This document shows positions 21,101 through 26,666 of a stretch of DNA of 30,400 nt, one piece after another. The DNA lies in the NCBI GenBank assembly GCA_964360965.1, contig CAYHYM010000009.1, positions 1 to 30,400 on the forward strand, in the 5' to 3' direction. The notes beneath the pieces are model-generated. The model saw nothing but the letters and a program-made list of their open reading frames with translations, searched no databases and was not told the origin of the DNA. Positions within the stretch are counted from its first letter, which is position 1, and every line of letters starts with the position of its first letter. A program made the translations under genes and the position numbers. The stretch is from an uncultured Gammaproteobacteria bacterium. Lineage in GTDB: Bacteria; Patescibacteriota; Microgenomatia; Daviesbacterales; UBA10151.

Positions 21101-21443
21101 CAAATAAAAGCCTTAAATAATCATAGACCTCAGTAGTTGTTCCCACAGTAGAACGTGGATTATGTGAAACACCTTTTTGGTCAATAGAGATGGCCGGGGA
21201 TAAACCCTCAATATAATCAACATCAGGCTTGTCCATTACCCCTAAAAACTGCCTGGCATAAGCAGATAAAGATTCCACATATCTTCTTTGACCTTCTGCA
21301 TAAAGGGTATCAAAAGATAAAGAAGACTTGCCGGAACCGGAAATCCCCGTTAAAACCACCAACTTGTTCTTGGGAATTTCCAGATCAATATTCTTGAGGT
21401 TATGCTCTCTCGCCCCTTTTATAATAATCTTATCTATAGCCAT
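18180..21443 (-). CDS. uvrA: excinuclease ABC subunit A, expanded by in-frame insertions
   Basis: GISGSGKSSL and GVSGSGKSTL Walker A motifs. Two LSGGE signatures (LAGGESQRIRLA, LSGGEAQRIKLS). Zinc modules CPxC...CxxCxG. 1087 aa. Confidence 0.95.
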   Translation of the reverse strand: MAIDKIIIKGAREHNLKNIDLEIPKNKLVVLTGISGSGKSSLSFDTLYAEGQRRYVESLSAYARQFLGVMDKPDVDYIEGLSPAISIDQKGVSHNPRSTVGTTTEVYDYLRLLFARVGHPHCPICGREISRMSVEQIVEQVVGNPSTRYAVRLSPSVLSSGSKDSPSKSRSGSSRRIMILAPVVKDRKGEYFQLFEDLRKKGFSKVRVDGQIRDLTDSPRSSPRASGDAGRGEAGAGGAGDLVLIKTNKHTIDAVVDRLILDKSVIPAKAGLRLRGRSDSRRIQLTKSRSELDSRMRGNDIINRLSQSIETALKLGEGSVIVSEVLDASLEFPQNPKKMDDHLYSERFACPVDNIALSEVEPRLFSFNSPHGACPTCHGLGSLLEIDPEMVLNPILSIAEGGILPWQKLATHETWFSRLIQSVGKVYGFDLNTRLGELSEKARNVLLNGAGDEEFRVEGRNREGRWTHFKSSFQGLVSYLKQRYQESESDYVKREIEKYMVKEICPKCHGARLKDEALSITIDGLNIAEVVTQSIKEALEWIKRLGNSHSGAKRSEVIESILNDRETQIAKPILKEIQARVKFLIDVGLDYLTLDRAAMTLAGGESQRIRLASQIGSGLSGVLYVLDEPSIGLHQRDNSRLIETLKKLRDLGNTVIVNEHDAEMMENADLLIEIGPGAGEHGGEIVTTGTPDQIKKSTTSLTGQYLSGKKKVTVHGHPELARPERGRRDTGSINNIKIDSRSSSLSDLGVDDLRGNDNHVLKVLGASQHNLKNINVDFPLGQFIAISGVSGSGKSTLIHDILYKALAQKIYRSKERPGAFKELEGVEYVDKVVLVDQSPIGRTPRSNPATYTEAFTFVRDLFAQSTEAKIRGYGPGRFSFNVKGGRCEVCEGEGQLKIEMQFLPDVYVTCEACNGARYNREALEIHFKDKNISEVLDMTVEEALKFFENIPNIKNKLQVLNDVGLGYIKLGQPAPTLSGGEAQRIKLSAELSKRPTGHTLYILDEPTTGLHFADIERLLTILRKLVNYGNTVVIIEHNLDVIKNTDWVIDLGPEGGDKGGQVIAEGTPKDISKIKSSYTGQYLAKIL
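19173..19297. mobile_element. TIR MITE-like element in uvrA with nested insertions
   Basis: The GTCATTCCCGCGCAG..GCGGGAATC end is split by a 33-nt element at 19188-19220. The GGATCC..TCAGGATGAC end contains a CTGAGCG/CCGAAGG-type segment at about 19254-19287. Confidence 0.65.
20544..20651. mobile_element. TIR MITE-like element in uvrA with one nested 33-nt insertion
   Basis: Intact end GTCATTCCCGCGCATGCGGGAATCCAATT. The other end, ATTGGATCC|CTGCCTTCGCAGGGATAAC, is split by TCCTCGAGTCTGAGCGACCTCGGAGTCGAAGAC (20600-20632). 108 nt, 36 codons. Confidence 0.75.
20723..20793. repeat. GC-rich element (SPRSSPR..GEAGAGGAG family) in frame in uvrA
   Basis: Reverse complement is CTCGCCTCGCTCCTCGCCTCGCG + 21 extra nt + GCGAAGCGGGCGCGGGCGGAGCGGGGG. 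The 23-nt and 26-nt blocks are identical to 6052-6100. Confidence 0.8.
20920..21013. repeat. GC-rich composite element (CCTGAGC / GTCGAAGG family) in frame in uvrA
   Basis: Contains CCCTGAGCGAGAC, CCCTGAGCTCAAGACCGAAGGGCTCAG and GCGAGTCGAAGGG. Encodes about 30 residues (STRYAVRLSPSVLSSGSKDSPSKSRSGSS) where canonical UvrA has a short linker. Confidence 0.65.
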
Positions 21444-21461
21444 AGTTTATAATCCCTTCGG

Positions 21462-21571
21462 GTCCGAGCTCTTCGAGTCCGAGCTCTTCGAGTCCGAGCC
21501 TCAGAGTCGAGGACCTCAGAGTCGAGGACCTCAGGGTCGAAGACCTGAGCGACCGAAGGGAGTCGAAGGAC
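21462..21571. repeat. GC-rich ~15-nt-period tandem array in the uvrA 5' region
   Basis: Units all start GTC(C)GA: GTCCGAGCTCTTCGA x2, GTCCGAGCCTCAGA, GTCGAGGACCTCAGA, GTCGAGGACCTCAGG, GTCGAAGACCTGAGCGACCGAAGGGA, GTCGAAGGAC. Confidence 0.8.
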
Positions 21572-21682
21572 ACTAAAATTACCGCACTATTGTAAACCAT
21601 TTTGCAAGATTTTTAAAGGATTAATATGTTAAAATCTGTTCAAAATGAAGATAGAACAATATTTACTACAGAATCCAATACT

Positions 21683-21724
21683 TTAAATACTTAATTCCTT
21701 AATCTGATCTCTTAATCTGGCCGC
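21683..21724 (-). pseudogene. recoded duplicate of the uvrB 3' end (13 codons + stop)
   Basis: Encodes AARLRDQIKELSI*, identical to the uvrB C-terminus at 21759-21800. It has 9 nucleotide differences, all synonymous. It is out of frame with uvrB and lies behind stop codons. Confidence 0.7.
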
Positions 21725-21758
21725 CCAACGGGCGAGCCTCGCCTTAGATTAGCTACTT

Positions 21759-23771
21759 TTAAATACTTAACTCTTTTATTTGATCTCTAAGGCGGGCTGC
21801 TTCTTCAAAATCTAATATTTCTGCTGCTTGGTGCATTTGTTCCTCTAAATTTCCGATCATTTTCTGCCTCTCATTAACTGGTATATCTTCTATAGTTAAT
21901 TCTTTTTTACCCAATTTTTCCTCTATTTCTTCAACTTTCTCAATAAGTCTTTCCCTCAAAGCTTTTTCAATGCTTCTGGGTTTTATGTTATGCTTTTTAT
22001 TATATTCCATCTGGTACTTTCTTCTTCTGTCTACCTCCTCAATTGCTGACTTCATAGATTTGGTCATATTATCTGCATACATAATTACTTGCCCCTTAAC
22101 ATGTCTGGCAGCCCTGCCCATGGTTTGGATCAAAGAAGTTTTGCTTCTTAAAAAACCCTCTTTATCCGCATCCAAAATAATTACCAAAGTTACTTCAGGC
22201 AAATCCAATCCTTCCCTTAAAAGATTAATTCCCACAATCACATCATATTCACCTAATCTTAAAGACTGGAGAATATCAGATCTTTTTAAAGTTTCTATAT
22301 CAGAATGTAAGTAATTTACTTTAATGCCTCTCTCTTTTAGATAATCAGTCAAATCTTCTGCCATTCTTTTGGTAAGTGTAATAATTAGCACCCGTTCTCT
22401 ACGTTCCACCCTTTTTTCCACCTCAGAAATGATATCCTGAATCTGTCCTTGTGTAGGTCTGACAGAAACTTGAGGATCAAAAATGCCTGTAGGTCTGATA
22501 AGCTGCTCTGCTATCCCACACCCGGTGTGGGTTTGAGTTGACACACCGGGTGTGTGTCCTGAACAGGCCAAACTTATCTCATACTCATCCGGAGTTGCTG
22601 AAGCATAAATTACCTGATTAATTTTTCTCTGAAACTCATCAAATCTTAAGGGTCTATTATCCAAAGCAGAAGGAAGCCTGAAACCAAACTCAATCAAAGT
22701 TTCTTTTCTGGAACGGTCTCCGTTGTACATCCCACGCAGTTGGGGCAAAGTGATGTGGGACTCATCAATAATCAATAAAAAATCTTCAGGAAAATATTCC
22801 ATTAAAGTATACGGAGGGTCACCTTCTTTTCTGCCTTCAAAATATCTGGAATAATTTTCTATCCCATTACAATAACCGAATTCCTTAATCATCTCCAGAT
22901 CATAATAAGTTCTTTGTTCCAGTCTCTGAGCTTCTACTAATTTGCCTTGTTTTCTTAAATCTTTAATCCTAAATCTTAAATCTTCTTCTATTTGTTTTAT
23001 AGCAGGCAACATTCTGGACTCCGGAGTAATATAGTGTTTGGCAGGATAGATGGTTAAGGTTTGAGGGGTTGGGGTAGCAACACCAGTCAAAGGATCCAAG
23101 TGCGAAATTCTCTCTATCTTATCTCCTAAAAATTCTACTCTGACAGCTTGTTCCAAATAAGCAGGGAAAATATCTATAGTGTCTCCCTTAACTCTGTAGG
23201 TAGATCTTTTAAAATCCAAGTCATTTCTTGAATAAAACATCTTTTGAAGCATTTTAAGAATCGTCTGGAAACCTGTTCTTACCCCCATCTTTAGCTCTAA
23301 AATTGCCCCGCCATATTCAGCGGGAGATCCCAAATTGTAGATACAAGAAACTGAGGCGACCACTATCACATCTTTTCTGGTCATTAAAGAAGTCGTTGCA
23401 GAAAGGCGCAATTTTTCTATCTCTTCATTAATATTGGTCTCTTTTTCAATATATGTATCTGATTGGGGTACATAAGCCTCAGGCTGATAATAATCATAAT
23501 AAGATACAAAATACTCGCAAGCATTTTTGGGAAATAAAGACCTAAATTCTTGAGCTAGCTGTCCTGCTAAAGTTTTATTGTGGGAAATAACCAAAGTGGG
23601 TCTTTGCACTTTCTGGATCACATTGGCCATGGTAAAGGTTTTACCGGATCCAGTCACACCCAGTAGTACCTGATGTTCTTGTCCAGAATTAAGCCCGGAA
23701 ACAAGCTTCTCAATAGCTTGAGGTTGGTCACCTGTAGGTTTGAATTCAGAAATAATCTTAAATTTTGCCAT
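21759..23771 (-). CDS. uvrB: excinuclease ABC subunit B
   Basis: FKPTGDQPQAI, Walker A GVTGSGKTFT, DESH box (IIDESHITLPQ), helicase motifs, and a C-terminal UVR domain (LDFEEAARLRDQIKEL). Start set to ATG 23771 (MAKFKIISEFKP). The track start at 23780 is a TTG. Confidence 0.95.
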   Translation of the reverse strand: MAKFKIISEFKPTGDQPQAIEKLVSGLNSGQEHQVLLGVTGSGKTFTMANVIQKVQRPTLVISHNKTLAGQLAQEFRSLFPKNACEYFVSYYDYYQPEAYVPQSDTYIEKETNINEEIEKLRLSATTSLMTRKDVIVVASVSCIYNLGSPAEYGGAILELKMGVRTGFQTILKMLQKMFYSRNDLDFKRSTYRVKGDTIDIFPAYLEQAVRVEFLGDKIERISHLDPLTGVATPTPQTLTIYPAKHYITPESRMLPAIKQIEEDLRFRIKDLRKQGKLVEAQRLEQRTYYDLEMIKEFGYCNGIENYSRYFEGRKEGDPPYTLMEYFPEDFLLIIDESHITLPQLRGMYNGDRSRKETLIEFGFRLPSALDNRPLRFDEFQRKINQVIYASATPDEYEISLACSGHTPGVSTQTHTGCGIAEQLIRPTGIFDPQVSVRPTQGQIQDIISEVEKRVERRERVLIITLTKRMAEDLTDYLKERGIKVNYLHSDIETLKRSDILQSLRLGEYDVIVGINLLREGLDLPEVTLVIILDADKEGFLRSKTSLIQTMGRAARHVKGQVIMYADNMTKSMKSAIEEVDRRRKYQMEYNKKHNIKPRSIEKALRERLIEKVEEIEEKLGKKELTIEDIPVNERQKMIGNLEEQMHQAAEILDFEEAARLRDQIKELSI
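22515..22558. repeat. pair of REP-like hairpins inside uvrB
   Basis: CCCACAC-CCG-GTGTGGG (22515-22531) and TTGACACAC-CGG-GTGTGTGTC (22538-22558). Encodes SGHTPGVSTQTHTGCG in frame. Confidence 0.7.
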
Positions 23772-23779
23772 GACAGCCA

Positions 23780-23788
23780 ATTATATCA
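23780..23788 (-). promoter_or_regulatory. candidate extended -10 promoter of uvrB (TGaTATAAT), near-leaderless
   Basis: On the minus strand TGATATAAT ends at 23780 and the ATG at 23771 starts 9 nt after the hexamer. No SD is present. Confidence 0.4.
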
Positions 23789-23809
23789 CCATGATCTAGT
23801 TTGTCCTAC

Positions 23810-23839
23810 TTGACATCTTCGGGTTGTGTTTGGTAATGT
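23810..23839 (+). promoter_or_regulatory. candidate lexA promoter
   Basis: TTGACA (23810-23815), an 18-nt spacer ending in TGg, then TAATGT (23834-23839). Confidence 0.4.
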
Positions 23840-23874
23840 TTAAGGTATGGTTCGACTTCGCTCACCATTATAAT

Positions 23875-24492
23875 ATGCCAGTTACCCTTTACAGAAGACA
23901 AAAACAGATTTTAGATTTTATCAAACAATATGTTGATAAATATGGTTATTCCCCTACTTTAAGCGAGATTGCGAAATCAATCGGAGTTTCTTCTTTGGCC
24001 ACAGTTCACGAACATTTAGGAGCTTTATCTAAAAAAGGAGTCATTAAGAGATTCGAAGGGGCTGTTAGGGGAATTGAGGTTTTAGATCAACAGATATCGC
24101 AGGCTTTAAGAGGGGTAGAACTGCCCATTTTGGGCTTTATTGCAGCAGGCGCTCCCATCATGCCCTATACAGACCCTGATGCATTATTAAATATCCCACC
24201 GTCTATGATAACAGGCAAGAGAAGGTCATATGTACTGCAAGTTAAGGGTGATTCTATGATTGAGGATGGAATTTTGGATGGGGATTTCGTCATTATTGAG
24301 GAACAGACAGAGGCCCGTGACGGTGATATCGTGGTGGCGCTTTTGGAAAATGGCCTGGCCACTTTAAAAAGATTCTTCCGTGAAGCAGGCAGGATCAGGC
24401 TGGAACCTGCCAATGCCGCCATGAATCCAATTTATACAGTAGATGTAAAAATCCAGGGCAAATGTGTAGGGGTAATTAGAAGGTTCAATTAA
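23875..24492 (+). CDS. lexA: LexA repressor (S24 peptidase)
   Basis: N-terminal wHTH (LYRRQKQILDFIKQYVDKYGYSPTLSEIAKSIGV), Ala-Gly cleavage site (FIAAGAP), catalytic Ser (VKGDSM) and Lys (ATLKRF). Start at ATG 23875 gives a canonical N-terminus. Confidence 0.9.
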   Translation: MPVTLYRRQKQILDFIKQYVDKYGYSPTLSEIAKSIGVSSLATVHEHLGALSKKGVIKRFEGAVRGIEVLDQQISQALRGVELPILGFIAAGAPIMPYTDPDALLNIPPSMITGKRRSYVLQVKGDSMIEDGILDGDFVIIEEQTEARDGDIVVALLENGLATLKRFFREAGRIRLEPANAAMNPIYTVDVKIQGKCVGVIRRFN

Positions 24493-24710
24493 TCTTGATA
24501 TAAGACTTTGAAGCGTTCGATATATTCAGGAGTTAGGTCTTGCCAGAGGGCATTTTGGCCAGAAGTGGCCTGATGTAGCTCATCATTTGGATTCCTGGGT
24601 TTTAGATGCCAGTGAACATGGTCTACCTTGACCCTACTTTCTGGAATAAAAGGTCTGTATCTTGACAGAGATTCTACTAAGAGAGCTAAAATTAAATATG
24701 GTAGAACCAA
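24489..24710 (-). pseudogene. HIT-family C-terminal fragment
   Basis: Histidine-triad motif HVHWHLKPR. Only about 70 codons from a TTG, and the N-terminal half of a normal HIT protein is absent. Confidence 0.4.
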
Positions 24711-25024
24711 TAGCAGAAGCTGAAACAGCTACTGAAGCTCTGAAAGAATCCAAAGCCATTTCTGTAAAATTAGCCCCAGATGAGGAAGAGAGAATGATTG
24801 CAGCAGTTAATGAGCTTGTTTCACCTTATGGATTAGGTGCAGAATTCTTAGGTCAAGTTATGACTGTTGGTGTAGTAGGAGACTTCAGAGCTTATACCAG
24901 GGTAATTAATTTAACTGGTTTACCTATTCATCATAAAGTACTCGCATGTTTGGCTAATGATATTTGTAACACATTCCCTATTACAAGAATAACTTTTGAA
25001 CCTCTATTTGAACTATCACAATAG
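24698..25024 (+). pseudogene. stand-alone GMP synthase C-terminal (dimerisation) domain-like remnant
   Basis: QVMTVGVVGDFRAYTRVINLTG and ANDICNTFPITRITFEP resemble the GuaA C-terminal VGVMGDxRTY...NRVVYDI blocks. No GATase or ATP-PPase domain is present. Confidence 0.4.
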
Positions 25025-25060
25025 CTTTCTAAAAAACATATCTGCTATACTACTTTAGAT

Positions 25061-25687
25061 ATGCCACACTTTGATATAGCTGAACTGATTAGAGCTGTTG
25101 GATATTTAGGGGTTTTTGGAATTGTTTTTTTAGAATCAGGGCTTTTGATTGGGTTCTTCTTTCCAGGAGACAGCCTTCTGTTCACTGCAGGTTTTTTGGC
25201 TTCCCAAGGTTTTTTGGATATTAAAATTTTAATTGCGGGATGTTTTATTTTTGCTGTTCTAGGGGACAGTATAGGTTATTATATTGGTCACAAACTTGGT
25301 CCTAAAATCTTCAAAAAGGAAGATTCAATTATTTTTCACAAAAAACATTTAGATCGGGCTCAAAGATTCTATGACAAACACGGTGGCAAAACCATAATTT
25401 TGGCAAGATTTATCCCGGTAATTAGGGCTTTTGCACCGGTTGTGGCAGGAGCAGGCAAGATGGATTATAAAAGATTTGTTTTTTTTAATTTTTTCGGAGG
25501 GGTGCTTTGGGCAATAGGTGTAACCTTAGCAGGATATTATTTGGGTAGTTTGATCCCGGATGTAGATAAATATTTACTGCCAATAGTAGGACTTATTATC
25601 GTAGCTTCCATCTTACCTTTTCTCCATCATGTTTTAACTGACGCAGAAATAAGGACTAGTATAATAAAGAGATTCAAGAGAAAATGA
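25061..25687 (+). CDS. DedA family membrane protein
   Basis: FLESGLLIGFFFPGDSLLFTAG, ILARFIPVIRAFAPVVAGAGKM. Confidence 0.85.
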   Translation: MPHFDIAELIRAVGYLGVFGIVFLESGLLIGFFFPGDSLLFTAGFLASQGFLDIKILIAGCFIFAVLGDSIGYYIGHKLGPKIFKKEDSIIFHKKHLDRAQRFYDKHGGKTIILARFIPVIRAFAPVVAGAGKMDYKRFVFFNFFGGVLWAIGVTLAGYYLGSLIPDVDKYLLPIVGLIIVASILPFLHHVLTDAEIRTSIIKRFKRK

Positions 25688-25688
25688 A

Positions 25689-26366
25689 ATGCTATACATT
25701 ATTCCCACTCCCATAGGTAATTTAAAAGATATCACTTTAAGAGCACTTGAAGTTTTAAAAGAGGTGGATTCTATAATTTGTGAAGACACCAGAAGAACTG
25801 GATTACTTCTTAATCATTACCAGATTAAAAAGCCTCTTTTGGTATTGAACGATTACAACGAAGCAAAAATCCTGGATTCCACTATAGAGCGGCTCAGAGC
25901 TGGAGAGAATCTTGCTTTAGTGTCTGATGCAGGTACCCCACTTATTTCTGATCCAGGATATAAACTGGTCAGAGAGTGTTTCCACCAGGGGATTCCGGTT
26001 GATTCCCTCCCGGGTCCTTCTTCTGTTATCACAGCTTTAACACTTTCCGGTCTTCCTCCTGATAAATTTTTATTTCTAGGATATTTACCGGAAAAGCTTG
26101 GTCACAGAAAAACTTTACTAGAAACTTTACGTTTACACCTCTCAGGTGTCAAGCTAAACCCAACTTATATTTTATATATAGCTCCCCATAAACTGATCAA
26201 AACTCTCGCTGAGATGAAAGAAGTTTTTGGGGATATTGAAGTAGTTTTAGCCCATGAATTAACTAAAATCCATCAAAGTGTGGAAAAGAAAAAAATAAGT
26301 GAATGGCTGGAAACATTAAAAAATCCAAAGGGAGAGTATATATTACTATTCAACAAGGGGTGGTAA
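25689..26366 (+). CDS. rsmI: 16S rRNA (cytidine1402-2'-O)-methyltransferase
   Basis: LYIIPTPIGNLKDITLRALEVL, IICEDTRRTG, VSDAGTPLISDPG. Carries a 33-nt REP insertion in frame. Confidence 0.85.
   Translation: MLYIIPTPIGNLKDITLRALEVLKEVDSIICEDTRRTGLLLNHYQIKKPLLVLNDYNEAKILDSTIERLRAGENLALVSDAGTPLISDPGYKLVRECFHQGIPVDSLPGPSSVITALTLSGLPPDKFLFLGYLPEKLGHRKTLLETLRLHLSGVKLNPTYILYIAPHKLIKTLAEMKEVFGDIEVVLAHELTKIHQSVEKKKISEWLETLKNPKGEYILLFNKGW
26126..26158 (-). repeat. REP-like element, 11 in-frame codons inside rsmI
   Basis: TTTACGTTTACACCTCTCAGGTGTCAAGCTAAA is the exact reverse complement of 16750-16782 (33/33). Confidence 0.9.
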
Positions 26367-26666
26367 AACCTTTCCCCAGTAAATTCCCTCCCATTCTTCC
26401 TCACTTAATTCTCTGCGTGCTTTTTCGAAATCTTCAGAGAACTTACGTTTTTCCTCAGAATCTGGAGAAGATATCCCACTATCTAGAGGACCTACAGCTA
26501 AAACGCGCTCATCTCCTATAACAACAGTTCTGCCAGTGTACCTGGGGTCACCTAAAATCTGCTCTTGAAAAAAACCTTCGTTTTTACTGTAAGCTGCAAT
26601 GGCAGCTCTACTCCTAGCAGCACTGGGATTTTCTGGGGACAATCTTTTTATTTCTACTTTACTCAT
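26346..26666 (-). CDS. hypothetical protein
   Basis: 106-aa ORF that overlaps the upstream PEP-enzyme-like gene stop by 4 nt. Its 3' end overlaps the rsmI 3' end by 21 nt, convergently. Confidence 0.45.
   Translation of the reverse strand: MSKVEIKRLSPENPSAARSRAAIAAYSKNEGFFQEQILGDPRYTGRTVVIGDERVLAVGPLDSGISSPDSEEKRKFSEDFEKARRELSEEEWEGIYWGKVLPPLVE

Noticed and set aside
21462-21571. Possible CRISPR array
   Set aside because: The units are about 15 nt, directly abutting with no unique spacers, and no cas genes are present. This is a tandem repeat, not CRISPR.
21572-21680. TGTTC-N12-GAACA and AGATTTT-N18-AAAATCT dyads upstream of uvrA as LexA boxes
   Set aside because: The sequences are AT-rich and low-complexity, and are not shared with the lexA/uvrB or dinB upstream regions. 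I cannot distinguish them from chance.
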